A stretch of 64,000 bases of DNA from contig BK006949.2 in NCBI GenBank assembly GCA_000146045.2, positions 256,001 through 320,000 of the forward strand, read 5' to 3'. The stretch is from TPA_inf: Saccharomyces. Its lineage: Eukaryota. Position 1 is the stretch's first letter. Each line of letters starts with the position of its first letter. This document shows positions 48,387 through 60,300 of the stretch, piece by piece. The notes under the pieces are model-generated. The model worked only from the letters and a program-made list of their open reading frames with translations. It had not been told where the DNA came from and made no database searches. Both the position numbers and the translations under genes were made by a program.

Positions 48387-49058
48387 ATGAAGAAACAAAT
48401 ATTAATAGTTGCTGCACAAAGTATTTTATGTTCTACTGTTTTTGGCGAGCGAAGTAATGTAGGCCTTTCCACTGAAGAGCTAGGAGGTGACTCAATTTTA
48501 TACTTCAATGAAGACCCTATAGTGATTGAAATCGATAAGAAAGCTATTGACAAGAAGACTTTGGAACAGTTGGCAAGCACAAGAGATGTTGTTCTTACTG
48601 ATTTACCGGACACTCTTGAGTTTATAGACTTCAACGAGTACGCGAAAATGAAGTCAAAATCAGATATGCTACTAGAGTATATCAACGAATACGAATTTGA
48701 TGATTTTGAAAGAAGTTCTGAAGGCGGTCTTGAAGAAGAAGAAGAAGAGGATTTAATTTATGACTTCAATGCCCAAGCTGAAGATTTGGGTAAGCTTGGT
48801 TCAAATATATATGAAGTAGTCGAAGAAAAGAATATTGTTAATACTTACGATGGAAACCTTATCAATGCAAGTACAACTGAATCAACGACTACTATTCGGC
48901 CTTTCGTGACTTCTCACTCCTACGTTGCTTCTTCTACACCTTATTCGAATATTTCATCATTGAATGAGGACTACGATAATGCGAGCAACTTTTTGACTCC
49001 TACAACAGTGGCTCTTGCGGTACTTTTAACCATTTTATTATTTATACAGGCGTATTAA
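48387..49058 (+). CDS. SPO19: SPO19 (YPL130W) meiosis-specific GPI-anchored prospore membrane protein, 223 aa
   Basis: Signal peptide, acidic E-rich region, Ser/Thr-rich stalk and C-terminal hydrophobic GPI-attachment signal (VALAVLLTILLFIQAY). 223 aa. Synteny. Confidence 0.8.
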   Translation: MKKQILIVAAQSILCSTVFGERSNVGLSTEELGGDSILYFNEDPIVIEIDKKAIDKKTLEQLASTRDVVLTDLPDTLEFIDFNEYAKMKSKSDMLLEYINEYEFDDFERSSEGGLEEEEEEDLIYDFNAQAEDLGKLGSNIYEVVEEKNIVNTYDGNLINASTTESTTTIRPFVTSHSYVASSTPYSNISSLNEDYDNASNFLTPTTVALAVLLTILLFIQAY

Positions 49059-49297
49059 TAGATCATTATTTTATTTAAATAAGAAATATTGTTGGCTAGC
49101 TTTCCTGTTTTATTTACTGTCACTTTTTAAAATCACTCAAGACGAGAAAGCTCTTTAGCAAAGTACTGACAAAAAACTTGAAGTTTGAACTTGTTACAGT
49201 ATTACACGTCAAGGCTGTAGTGCGGTGAAAAAAAAAGAATATACCGTAATTTTTCTCCTTCGTGACCTCGGAGCTGACTGATATTAGATAACTAATC

Positions 49298-50137
49298 ATG
49301 GTAGCTGTATGTTCGTTAATCTCTTTTAGCCACCCACCCATATGCTTTTTGTTTTGTTAGCTAAAATAATACTAACTTACGACTCTATTCTCATCATTAA
49401 ATAACCAACAGACAGTAAAAAGAACCATCCGTATAAAAACCCAACAACACATTCTGCCAGAAGTGCCACCAGTAGAGAATTTTCCTGTTCGTCAATGGAG
49501 TATAGAAATTGTATTATTGGATGATGAAGGAAAAGAAATTCCCGCTACAATTTTTGACAAAGTTATTTACCACTTGCACCCAACTTTCGCCAATCCTAAC
49601 AGGACATTTACTGACCCACCATTTAGAATTGAGGAACAAGGTTGGGGTGGATTTCCTTTAGATATAAGCGTTTTCTTGTTGGAAAAAGCAGGTGAGCGGA
49701 AAATACCACACGATTTGAACTTTCTACAAGAGAGTTATGAAGTGGAGCACGTTATCCAGATTCCTCTCAATAAACCACTTTTAACAGAAGAACTTGCGAA
49801 AAGTGGATCTACTGAAGAAACGACGGCCAATACAGGCACCATTGGGAAAAGAAGGACTACCACGAACACAACTGCAGAACCAAAGGCGAAGAGAGCTAAG
49901 ACGGGCAGTGCATCTACCGTGAAAGGGAGCGTGGACCTAGAAAAATTAGCGTTCGGATTGACTAAACTAAATGAAGATGACCTGGTTGGTGTTGTTCAAA
50001 TGGTTACCGACAATAAAACACCAGAAATGAACGTGACGAATAATGTTGAAGAGGGTGAATTTATAATTGACTTGTATAGTTTACCTGAGGGATTATTGAA
50101 AAGTCTATGGGACTACGTTAAGAAAAATACCGAGTAA
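49298..50137 (+). CDS. TAF14: TAF14 (YPL129W) YEATS-domain subunit of TFIID/TFIIF/SWI-SNF/INO80/NuA3, 244 aa. Exon 1 is 49298..49306 and exon 2 is 49412..50137
   Basis: ATG GTA GCT | GTATGT...TACTAAC(49370-49376)...CAACAG | ACA GTA AAA AGA ACC... gives MVATVKRTIRIKTQQHILPEVPPVENFPVRQWSIEIVLL... (YEATS domain). The track shows only the downstream part, from an internal Met. Confidence 0.9.
49307..49411 (+). other. TAF14 intron (105 nt)
   Basis: GTATGT 5'SS after a 9-nt first exon, TACTAAC branch point, and AG 3'SS that restores the reading frame. Confidence 0.88.
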
Positions 50138-50532
50138 TAAAAGGTAAAAGGGCGTTAAATGCGCGCTTTTATGTTTGTATAAATAAAACACGTTGATATT
50201 TTGTCTTATATAAACTTTATTCCAATAACCGCGACACCTTACCAAACACATATTATTACAACACATTTTTATCTTGGATTTTAAGTAATTATACAACAGT
50301 TTTCATTTTAGAAAATGAGAACATCAAATATATACATTCCAATGTAATAGAAAATGGAAAAGAAAAAAGAATAAAAAGAAAAACACGAGGGGACCAGGTT
50401 GCTAGAAGATAGGGTGACCACGTCAAAAGAATATACCTAGGGAACCAAACAATGCGAAGTTAACAACCCATCAAAGTATTTTTAATAGTGAGTGGTTCAA
50501 TAGAAAATTAGAAGTCTGTTCATTTAAGCGCG

Positions 50533-52221
50533 CTACATCCCATCTTCTAAATGAGGATCAAAACCTGTATTGTCCGATGTACTATTGCCAAAAAGTCCGT
50601 TAGATGGCATATTATCACTATTTTGCCCATGTGAATCCTCTTGATGAGTTTGAGTGTCTTCAGTAGCAGATGCAGCTGATGAAGGATGCTGAGATAAATT
50701 TTGTTCCATAATAGTTGACGAATTTGGAGATTGAGAGAATTTTTTCTTTGCCTTGTAGATTTTCTCCAAGTTACCGGTCACTTTTATCAAATAGTCAGGC
50801 AATGGTTTGCCACTCTTCAAGTATTGTAATTTCCAATTACGGGCTTTATCTTTCAGTTGTACCTGCGTCCTGTTCTTCAAATTTTCCGTGATTTTACCAC
50901 CGGGACCATATAAATCTAGAATCTTAGACCACGATGGGCCAACCTCTTTCAGGCCTTCCACTAATGCTTCTTCTTCCTCTTTGGACCAAGTTCTTTTCGC
51001 CTTTGGTTTTCTTAATCCGATACTACCATTATTGTTGCTGTTACTGCTGTTGTTATGAGAGGAATGAGGACCAGAGCTGCTGTTGCTCATCGAGGCCGCA
51101 ACAGCGGCATCCACAATGGATTGTGTGATAGCGGGGTTTTTGGAAGACACATCTGTGGTAGGTGTATGTGTGCTGTAATGATTCGGACGAGCAGTTGACA
51201 AAAAAGCAGACGCACTGCTTGGCTGATTTTGGTCGTCCATGAATTCTACGGTCCTGGTCCCTGTAGAAAAGAGTACTTGAGGATCAAACTCGTTGACATC
51301 AAAGTCATATAATGGTGATTTTCCGCGACCCTTTCTGCCCCATATGATGAGACCCATATTTTTATTACAATAATCCAGCAACTCTCTGATAAATTGAGCC
51401 CATTCGTAGCTCTGGGTCAGAGAGTTAAAATCTTGGACGATCTTTAAATTTTCTCTCCGACGATCGCACCTTTCGACGAAGTCCTTCTCCGATGGAGTCA
51501 AAAGTGTAATGTCTCCAGAATCGCCGGTTCTTCTCTGCACGAGAATATCAGCCAGATTGGATGGGAAGATTAAGTCTAGTAGCTCTTGTTTCTTTTCTAA
51601 AGAAATTTCGTTCGTCTCGTCCTGAAACTCTTTCAAGCCGGCAATGTAAGCCTGTGTTTTCAGATCAAGATATAGGATAGCCTGCGATTTCAAAAACTTT
51701 CCGCTTTGTTCCAGGGAGTTGTTACCGACAGTGTTTGTATTTGGACAGAAAATATCGAGAAATATCGACTGTAGCAGCTCAAACCCGTAATTAAGGCAGT
51801 TCAGCGACGTCAATAGAAATGTTAGCAGATTCGCCTTTCTTATGGCAGTAATAATAAACGCTTCGTGGCCTCTCAATATAAGGGGGGGAGGGGAGTTGGG
51901 AAACCATAAACCAGGCGCCACGTCGTGAACAGACAGTAACGGAGATCTGGTGTGGTAAATCATTCTGATCTGCTTAAAGAGCTTGACTAACGTTTGAAAA
52001 ATTTCTGTTTCGCCTGAGCTTAGGAAAGCCGTCTGGTCCGTCAAAACCGCTATAATATTGGGAGAGTTGGCATTAAGGATAAGAAACCTCAGTAGTTGAG
52101 TGGAGATATTGTCCAGCAGACATAATGAGCATATGGTCAACCTAGTTCTTGCAGGCAGGCTTTGGATGATGTCATTGAAGCGGTTTAAGCTTTCGTTATT
52201 ATTGGGCACTTGCGAATCCAT
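50533..52221 (-). CDS. TBF1: TBF1 (YPL128C) TTAGGG-repeat binding factor, essential Myb/telobox protein, 562 aa
   Basis: C-terminal Myb/telobox domain (KRTWSKEEEEALVEGLKEVGPSWSKILDLYG...LKNRTQVQLKDKARNWKL). 562 aa. Confidence 0.92.
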   Translation of the reverse strand: MDSQVPNNNESLNRFNDIIQSLPARTRLTICSLCLLDNISTQLLRFLILNANSPNIIAVLTDQTAFLSSGETEIFQTLVKLFKQIRMIYHTRSPLLSVHDVAPGLWFPNSPPPLILRGHEAFIITAIRKANLLTFLLTSLNCLNYGFELLQSIFLDIFCPNTNTVGNNSLEQSGKFLKSQAILYLDLKTQAYIAGLKEFQDETNEISLEKKQELLDLIFPSNLADILVQRRTGDSGDITLLTPSEKDFVERCDRRRENLKIVQDFNSLTQSYEWAQFIRELLDYCNKNMGLIIWGRKGRGKSPLYDFDVNEFDPQVLFSTGTRTVEFMDDQNQPSSASAFLSTARPNHYSTHTPTTDVSSKNPAITQSIVDAAVAASMSNSSSGPHSSHNNSSNSNNNGSIGLRKPKAKRTWSKEEEEALVEGLKEVGPSWSKILDLYGPGGKITENLKNRTQVQLKDKARNWKLQYLKSGKPLPDYLIKVTGNLEKIYKAKKKFSQSPNSSTIMEQNLSQHPSSAASATEDTQTHQEDSHGQNSDNMPSNGLFGNSTSDNTGFDPHLEDGM

Positions 52222-52827
52222 GACAAATGGGGAAAGAAGTGAGTAAAGAAAAACTAATGTAAAATGATTTCTGTCGCAGATGGGACAGCCACAATCTTAA
52301 ATGTTGGCAAGGATATAGGAGCAAAACGCCAATATTGAGATGATTGTTTATTATAATGTTTACAAGGAAGGGCAAAGCATTGAGGAAAATTAGTCGGAAT
52401 GAGGTCTCGCCGGGCTTCTACGGAAAGGGGCGAAAATTAATAGGGCACGGTGCAGAATATTAGGGCTTCAAATGTTCAGATTTTAAAGCCTTTTCTTCAA
52501 ATACAATAATTAATTTTACACACTGTACCTTGCATATATAAGAGAAGAGAAATTTATAAACAGTATAGTTAGTTAGTTAAGAATGGAATTTGAATAAAAT
52601 CATAAAGGAGATATTTACCGAATAAGTAACAAATAGAGAAGGGAGAGATTAAAAAATGAAAATTTACAGTACCGCCAACAAACACTTGAATAAGATTGAA
52701 AATTAGAGAGAAAAAAATTTAGAAATAATACAAAATACTAATAGTGATGGGACACAAAAATGAAGAAAGAAAATAGGTTTGATAGTATTGCTATCACCAT
52801 TGACATTCTCGTTTGGATATTCACTTT

Positions 52828-53604
52828 TTACGTGGAGAGTTTGACCTTCTTCTTGTTTAGTTTAATAATGCCGGAGGGGCCCTTTGGTTGCACTAACTCG
52901 CCGTTTTCAACACATTTCTTGATAGCGCTATTGAACAGATAGTCAAAATTTGAGCTTGTTTTCAACTTGGAGGAGAAAGTGTCCTTGACATACTTCTTTA
53001 AAACGATACGGCTGGAGCCCTTACCGTCATTAAGTTGAGGCATGCTTTTAAGGATCATTTCCTTGTAGGTCAATGAAGAAGGCGAAGAGGCCTTCTTGGC
53101 GGTAACAGTAGGCGATTTTTTTTTCACTACTTTCTTTGGCGCTAGCTTCGTGGATGCGGCTTTCGCTTTTGATGCGGTTGCACTCACAGAAGTGGCGGCT
53201 TGCTTGGGTTTTGGACTGACCTCTTTTTCTTTCTTTACTTCTGGAGATTTCTTCTTGGCCAGTTTCACAGCACCAGCGGGTCCCTTTGGCTGTTCAAAAT
53301 CGCCGGCCTCCACACCCTTCTTTATGGCATTGTTGAAGTACAAATCAAAGTTGCTTGCGGATCCGACGATCGGGTAGTTTTCCTTGATAAACTTCTTGAG
53401 TGCCGGACGACTGGATCCCTTACGTTCCTTCAAAGCCGTGAGCCCTTCAATGATCAACTCCCTGTAACTCTTGGAGGAAGCTTCCTCCTTTTTTGCCGTG
53501 GTTTTCTTGATAGCGGCCTTGGAAGTTGATTTCTCCTTGCCTTTGCTGGTTGCAGGCTTCTTGCCCTTACTTGTGGTCTTGGTAGTGGATTTCTTGGGTG
53601 CCAT
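52828..53604 (-). CDS. HHO1: HHO1 (YPL127C) linker histone H1 with two globular winged-helix (H15) domains, 258 aa
   Basis: Lys/Ala-rich protein with two homologous H15 domains ([32 protein letters not shown]... and [32 protein letters not shown]...). 258 aa. Confidence 0.93.
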
Positions 53605-53771
53605 GTTGCTTTAGTTGTATTATAATTGCTTCCCTCGCTGCCAAGCATTATCAGGTGCCCATAAATAACAACTCCCCAAATCTATAGTTGCTCCTCCTCT
53701 TTAAATAAAGGCAGATAAACAAAAAACTTTGACCGCCCGCTTTTCCACACAAAAAACAAACAACAGCAGAA

Positions 53772-53785
53772 AACGCGACGCGAAA
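53772..53785. promoter_or_regulatory. ACGCGACGCGAAAA: overlapping MCB/SCB-like boxes about 170 bp upstream of HHO1
   Basis: Seen in sequence. CGCGAAA is the shared Mbp1/Swi4 core. HHO1 is S-phase expressed. Confidence 0.3.
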
Positions 53786-54060
53786 ATGAAAAGCCAAAGA
53801 GAACAAACAAAAATCATCCATCAAACCTGTTATTGTGCAGAATAGCTTTTACCTAGACGCAAGTCCCTAGGAGGGGGCATTTTTGACACAGAATAGCATT
53901 TCATCAAAGCAAACAGCAACTTCTTGGAGATTTGTATTGCTTGGCATGTCAAAATCTAGCGGTCACATCAGTAGGGTAACAAAATAGCACGTCAGGGTTA
54001 AGGCGGCCTACTGCTTAGGGTACGTGGTAAGTGATGTAAAATGTGAGAAGGAGAAACTAG

Positions 54061-54111
54061 AAAAAAATTTTCCTTTCTTTTTCCTAGCGATGAGATGAGA
54101 TGAAATTTTTC
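54061..54111 (+). promoter_or_regulatory. Ribi-regulon promoter module upstream of NAN1: RRPE AAAAAAATTTTC (54061-54072), PAC GCGATGAGATG (54087-54097), second RRPE GAAATTTTTC (54102-54111)
   Basis: Exact PAC core GCGATGAG and two A/T RRPE elements 100-150 bp upstream of the NAN1 ATG. NAN1/UTP17 is an SSU-processome gene. PAC is about 15 bp upstream of RRPE, as is typical. Confidence 0.55.
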
Positions 54112-54209
54112 GAACAAATGATTTTTGGCACAGTTTACATATCAGTTATATTGGCTGTCGTCACAGGAACTACAAGTACAAACCAGAACCATTTTAGCTG
54201 ATCACCAGA

Positions 54210-56900
54210 ATGACGCAATCCCTAGGTATCGAACAGTATAAACTGTCAGTCGTATCTGGTGGGAAACCCGCTTTGAATAATCTCAGTTCAGTAACCGGCA
54301 ATAAGAATATCGCCCGCCTATCACAAGACCAACGAAACTATATTATACCCTTTAACAATCAGATCAAGGTGTATTCTGTGGAAACTAGACAATGTGTTAA
54401 GACTCTAAAGTTTGCAAATAACTCCTTGTTATCCGGAATATTTCTGCAAGAAGAAGAGAATAATGAATCGATTGTAAAGATTCTGCTGGGTGATATAACC
54501 GTTCCGCAACAAGAAGACGCTCATCTGATTACCGTATTCACCAATAATGGTCATGTAATTGTTTTAAATTATAAGGGGAAGCTGGTCGAGTCCCCTAAGC
54601 ATTTCAAAATCTCTTTGGCAGATGAAAAGCTTGCAAATGTTTTCCATAGCGAGGGCAACTATAGAATTTTGACAACGTTCAAGGACCCTAGTCAAAAGGC
54701 ACATAACTCTTTGCAATCGTACAGGTTATATGCATTAACCTTTGACGATGCTAAAAAGCAATTTGAAGTGGCTCATCAGGCAGAATGGCACAACGTTATC
54801 TTGTCAAATATTTCTTCCAATGGTAAACTGCTAGCGCATATGTGCAAAGACGTCTCAACAAAAGATCACGAACACAAATCCATCTCAGTTGTTTCGCTTT
54901 TTGATGATTCTGTAAATTTAAGCTTTCCCCTCGGTTCCATCCTTTCTTCACAGACTCAATCCCTATCCTATAACACAAGGTACGTTTCTAGCATGGCCAT
55001 AGACAATATGGGTCAACAACTGGCTGTTGGATTTGCCTCCGGAGTTATAAGTATCGTAAGCCTGGCCGATCTACAAATAAGACTGCTCAAATGGCATATA
55101 GACTCTGTGCTGTCACTCTCATTCTCTCACGATGGATCCTATTTGCTATCTGGTGGTTGGGAAAAAGTTATGAGTTTATGGCAATTGGAAACAAACTCTC
55201 AACAATTCCTGCCTCGTTTGAACGGTATTATAATCGACTGTCAGGTATTGGGACCTCAAGGGAACTACTACTCTTTAATCCTACAAATGACTGAAAACAA
55301 TTCAAATTCTGACTACCAATTTTTACTTTTGAATGCTTCTGATTTGACCTCCAAATTGTCGATTAACGGGCCATTACCGGTGTTCAATAGCACCATAAAA
55401 CACATTCAGCAACCAATCTCGGCCATGAATACCAAGAACTCCAACTCAATTACCTCTCTCAATCACTCTAAGAAGAAACAATCTAGAAAACTAATTAAAT
55501 CGAGAAGACAAGATTTCACCACTAATGTAGAAATAAACCCTATTAACAAGAACTTGTATTTCCCACACATTTCTGCTGTTCAAATTTTTGACTTCTATAA
55601 AAATGAGCAAGTTAACTATCAGTATTTAACATCAGGTGTCAACAATTCTATGGGTAAAGTTAGATTTGAACTGAATTTACAAGACCCAATAATAACTGAT
55701 TTGAAGTTCACCAAAGATGGGCAATGGATGATTACATACGAAATTGAGTATCCGCCAAATGACCTCTTATCTTCCAAGGACTTAACTCATATCTTGAAAT
55801 TTTGGACCAAAAACGATAATGAGACAAATTGGAATTTGAAAACGAAAGTAATAAATCCACACGGGATAAGTGTCCCAATTACCAAGATATTGCCTTCACC
55901 AAGATCAGTTAATAATAGTCAAGGCTGTTTAACGGCTGACAACAACGGTGGACTGAAATTTTGGTCCTTCGACTCTCATGAGAGCAACTGGTGCTTGAAA
56001 AAAATTTCTTTACCAAACTTTAATCATTTCAGTAACTCCGTTTCTTTAGCTTGGTCTCAAGACGGGTCTCTAATATTCCATGGTTTCGATGACAAGTTGC
56101 AAATTTTAGATTTCGACACTTTTAAAAAGTTTGAATCATTGGAAAATACAAAGACGGTCAGTGAGTTCACGTTAGACTCTGAAATCCAAACCGTCAAGTT
56201 GATTAATGACACAAATTTAATAGTGGCCACCAGGACTACATTAAACGCCATCAACTTATTGCGGGGTCAAGTCATAAATAGTTTTGACTTATATCCGTTT
56301 GTTAACGGAGTGTATAAAAATGGTCACATGGATAGGCTTATTACTTGTGACGAAAGGACAGGCAACATTGCCCTGGTTATAAATCAACAACTAACTGATC
56401 TCGATGGCGTACCAACTATCAATTACAAATCCCGTATTATTATATTCGATTCTGACTTATCTACAAAATTGGGTAATTTTACGCATCATGAATACATATC
56501 TTGGATTGGTTGGAATTATGATACTGATTTCATATTTTTGGACATAGAATCAACACTAGGTGTTGTCGGAACCACTGTGAATACTCAACTATCTGATGAA
56601 GTTAATAACGAAGGAATATTGGATGGCCTGGTAAGTAACACCATCACAACTTCGGCATCCAATAGCGATATTTTTGCAGAACAATTGCATAAACTGTCGT
56701 CTAGGGGCAAAAAAAGTGACACTAGAGATAAAAATACCAATGATAACGACGAAGATGAAGAAGATATCGCTTTGGAATTTATAAATGGCGAAAAGAAAGA
56801 TAAGCTAGTCAATATGAATAGTTTTACGAGCATGTTTGACAACATTCAAAACGTGCAAATGGATACATTTTTTGATCGTGTGATGAAAGTATTAACATAG
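54210..56900 (+). CDS. NAN1: NAN1/UTP17 (YPL126W) t-UTP subunit of the SSU processome, 896 aa
   Basis: 896-aa WD/beta-propeller-rich protein. Size, synteny and ribi promoter elements. Confidence 0.88.
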   Translation: MTQSLGIEQYKLSVVSGGKPALNNLSSVTGNKNIARLSQDQRNYIIPFNNQIKVYSVETRQCVKTLKFANNSLLSGIFLQEEENNESIVKILLGDITVPQQEDAHLITVFTNNGHVIVLNYKGKLVESPKHFKISLADEKLANVFHSEGNYRILTTFKDPSQKAHNSLQSYRLYALTFDDAKKQFEVAHQAEWHNVILSNISSNGKLLAHMCKDVSTKDHEHKSISVVSLFDDSVNLSFPLGSILSSQTQSLSYNTRYVSSMAIDNMGQQLAVGFASGVISIVSLADLQIRLLKWHIDSVLSLSFSHDGSYLLSGGWEKVMSLWQLETNSQQFLPRLNGIIIDCQVLGPQGNYYSLILQMTENNSNSDYQFLLLNASDLTSKLSINGPLPVFNSTIKHIQQPISAMNTKNSNSITSLNHSKKKQSRKLIKSRRQDFTTNVEINPINKNLYFPHISAVQIFDFYKNEQVNYQYLTSGVNNSMGKVRFELNLQDPIITDLKFTKDGQWMITYEIEYPPNDLLSSKDLTHILKFWTKNDNETNWNLKTKVINPHGISVPITKILPSPRSVNNSQGCLTADNNGGLKFWSFDSHESNWCLKKISLPNFNHFSNSVSLAWSQDGSLIFHGFDDKLQILDFDTFKKFESLENTKTVSEFTLDSEIQTVKLINDTNLIVATRTTLNAINLLRGQVINSFDLYPFVNGVYKNGHMDRLITCDERTGNIALVINQQLTDLDGVPTINYKSRIIIFDSDLSTKLGNFTHHEYISWIGWNYDTDFIFLDIESTLGVVGTTVNTQLSDEVNNEGILDGLVSNTITTSASNSDIFAEQLHKLSSRGKKSDTRDKNTNDNDEDEEDIALEFINGEKKDKLVNMNSFTSMFDNIQNVQMDTFFDRVMKVLT

Positions 56901-56937
56901 CTTTAGGGTTCTTCCATTGGATATCCAAAATAGATAT

Positions 56938-56942
<5 letters not shown>

Positions 56943-56968
<26 letters not shown>
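56943..56968. repeat. (TA)13 dinucleotide microsatellite in NAN1 3' / KAP120 5' intergenic region
   Basis: Perfect 26-nt TA repeat. Confidence 0.95.
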
Positions 56969-56969
<1 letters not shown>

Positions 56970-57387
56970 GTTTATAAAGCAAACCGAAAGCAAAAATATC
57001 TGTATAACTTAGTTACAAGGGAAGGGAAGAGAATGCATTGGTTAATAGGAACAGACACTTCGTAAAAAGCTTCACAATCATTAATGTTAATAGAACTATC
57101 ATAATATACAAAAAATCTCTTCATACGATTTTTGTTTGATGAGCATCCTCAGTCAAGATGAATAAAATAATCTCTCCAAATAAGCCGCCTCTTTTTTTTT
57201 GAATTACACTTCTATAGCGTACATTTCCATGTAAGAAGATTGAAGTTTCAAACAATTGGGTAGCTTAATATTTGTCAAACTTCTTGGTAGGTGTTGTGTT
57301 TAAGAAAAAGGAGGCACCATAAACTATTAACTTTTTAGCTTGCCTCAACTGTCAACCGAATCAAATTTTAAAAGGCGTTAAACAAAA

Positions 57388-60300
57388 ATGGCCTCGTCTC
57401 TTAACGAGTTAAACTTGGTTCAAGTACTTGAACAAGCAAGTAACCCACAACATATTAGGTCAGATGTTCAAAAATTAGCCGAACAACAACTAAGACAATG
57501 GGAGACTCAAGCGGGATTTCATTACTTATTACAGTCAATCTACCTTAATTTATCTAATTCTTTACAAATTAGATGGTTGGCGGTAATTCAATTTAAGAAC
57601 GGCGTGGATAAATACTGGAGATCCACTAGAATTAACGCTATACCTAAAGATGAAAAAGCCTCGATAAGAGGTCGTCTTTTTGAAATGATCGATGAACAGA
57701 ATAATCAACTTTGTATTCAGAATGCCCAAGCTTCCGCAAGGATTGCAAGGCTAGATTTTCCCGTAGAGTGGCCAACCTTATTTGAGGATCTAGAAAACCT
57801 ATTGAACGATGAGATCATCAGAAAAGATTCAGTTAAGATTTACAATATATTGATGCATATAAATCAAATCGTTAAAGTATTAGGTACTGCGAGAATAGGA
57901 AGGTGCCGACCCGCTATGCAAAGTAAAGTTCCTTTGATATTACCACTAATTGTCAGGATTTATTTACAATCATTTGAAGAATGGACGACATCCTCCAATC
58001 TCAACTACGAGGATCTTTCCAGTTTACAAGTTTCTTACCTAGCTTTGAAAGTGCTCAGAAGGATAATTTGTGAAGGATACGACCGCCCTCAAACCGATCA
58101 GTCTGTTTGCGATTTTATTAAACTATCCGTTTCACACTTTGAGATGTTAATTTCAAACCATGAAAACTTCAAAAAGTTTGATATTTACGAAAAGTTTATC
58201 AAATGCCTAGGAAAGTTATATTTCAATTTAGTCACTGGCTCTCCGGCTAATTTCATATTACTGCCATGCTCTACGCAAATTCTAATCACTTATACTAGGC
58301 TAATTTTCGATAAGGCCCCTAAAGTATATAGAGAGAATTCTGATGTCACGGGGGACTTTTGGGAACAGACTGCTATTAGAGGGCTTTTAATTTTGAAAAG
58401 GGTCATTAATTTCATTCACAAAAAGGGGGCAATTACGTTAAAAGCAAGAAGTGATAAACTAACCATAGATGCTTCTATCAACAAAATCAACACAGAATTT
58501 CTGAATGAGAATTTGATAACAAGGTTGGTTGACACTTTAATGGAATGGTACTTGAGGTTAAGACCAACTGAATTAGAAAATTGGTTTATGGATCCAGAAG
58601 AATGGATAAACGAACAAATGGCCACGAGTTACGAATATCAAATCAGACCATGTGCAGAGAACGTTTTTCAAGACTTAATGAATACTTTCTCTGAGCTGTT
58701 GGTTCCCTACCTGTTAAAGAAAATTGAAAATGATGCTTCAAAGCTATCAAACTCATTAGACGATTTTTTAAGGAAAGACGCAATTTATGCAAGTTTCCAA
58801 TTAAGTGCATCCGCTGTTAGTGAAATGGTAGATTTTGACAGGTTACTAATTCAGGTTTTTTTACCAGAAGCTACAAATACAAACATATCAGGCGACGAAT
58901 TAAGGATTATCAGAAGAAGAGTTGCTTTAATTATAAACGAATGGTCTACTGTGAAGTGTTCGGAAGAATCTAAAAGTTTATGTTACAAGTTATTTACAAA
59001 CTTCCTGACAGATGAAGACGACAAAGTTGTTTTGTTAACCACAGTCCAGACTGTCAGAACCATGGTTGATGACTGGAACTTCAACAAGGATACTTTTCAG
59101 CCATTTTTAACTGAAAATGTTCATTTATTGTTGAGGAAAATTTTACCATCTGTGTCGTTAACCGAGACAAGGCTATATGTTTTAAACACCTTGAGCGATA
59201 TCATAATTCAAACAAAACCTTTAATTAGCAGGGATCTATTAGTCGAAATTTTGCAAATCATACCAAACCTTTGGGAAATAGCAACAAATAATGCTAGTGA
59301 GGCTATTTTGGCAAACGCATTGTTAAGGTTATTGAGAAATTTGGTATCATCTTTGGGATCACAGTCACATTTAACGTGGGATATCGCCATACCTGTGGTT
59401 GCATTAGCCTGTGATCCCTCTTCTATGCAATATCAGTTGTTAAGCGAAGACGGGTATGAACTATGGGGCATGCTTCTTCAAAATTTTTCATCCCACGATC
59501 AAGAGTTTGACGATAAGTTCGTTGAATTGGTGCCATTTCTAAAGTATGGTATTGAGACACACACAGAGATTCTCCCAACTTTACTTGAAATTATCAAAAG
59601 TTATGCTCTGATTCTGAATCCTGTGGATTTTTTCTCTAACAACACATTTCAAGATATTTTTAAACAAATGTCTAAATATCTTTTAAAGTTAAGGGAAGAT
59701 TCATTTCAGTTGGTTTTAGAAATCTGGGAAATTTTGATATTATCCAATGAGTCGGATTACGAAAATCTGTTATTGCAAAAATTCTATGAAACCGGAGTAT
59801 TATCAGCATTATTCGATGCCATTTTCCTGGAAGAAGCTCCTTCATCTTATTTATGCTCGCAAATCATTCAAATCATCGCTAGAATATCCTACGTGAATCC
59901 AGACGCCTTAATGACTTTTTTAGCTACATATCATGACAATCTACCAACTTCTAACGAAAATGCACGCATGCCGGAATCAATAAGAAAAATTGTGTCTAAG
60001 GATCAGACGTATGATTCCGTTGTAAACAAGCTTTTAACCGGATGGATAGTATGTTTTAGAGATATCTTTGATCCTAAATTCAAAAAAGTTCACATATTAG
60101 GTATTTCAAGTTTACTAAGGACTGGTTTAGTTCCTATTTTGACTGAGTTTTCATCCATCGCATCTTTATGGATCGAAATGCTCGAAGAAATTAATGAAAC
60201 TAATCGTGGGGATTGCGAAAAATACCACTTGAATGATATTGTTACAGAGCAATCAATTGCATTCCATCCTTTAACTGCCGAACAATTAAGATATCATCAA

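Noticed and set aside
50807-51128. Plus-strand ORFs with poly-Leu and Cys-rich runs (LLLLLLLLL, CCCYCCCY) inside TBF1
   Set aside because: Antisense reading of the AAC/AGC-rich Asn/Ser tract of TBF1 (SNSSNSNNNGS). Repeat-derived artefact.
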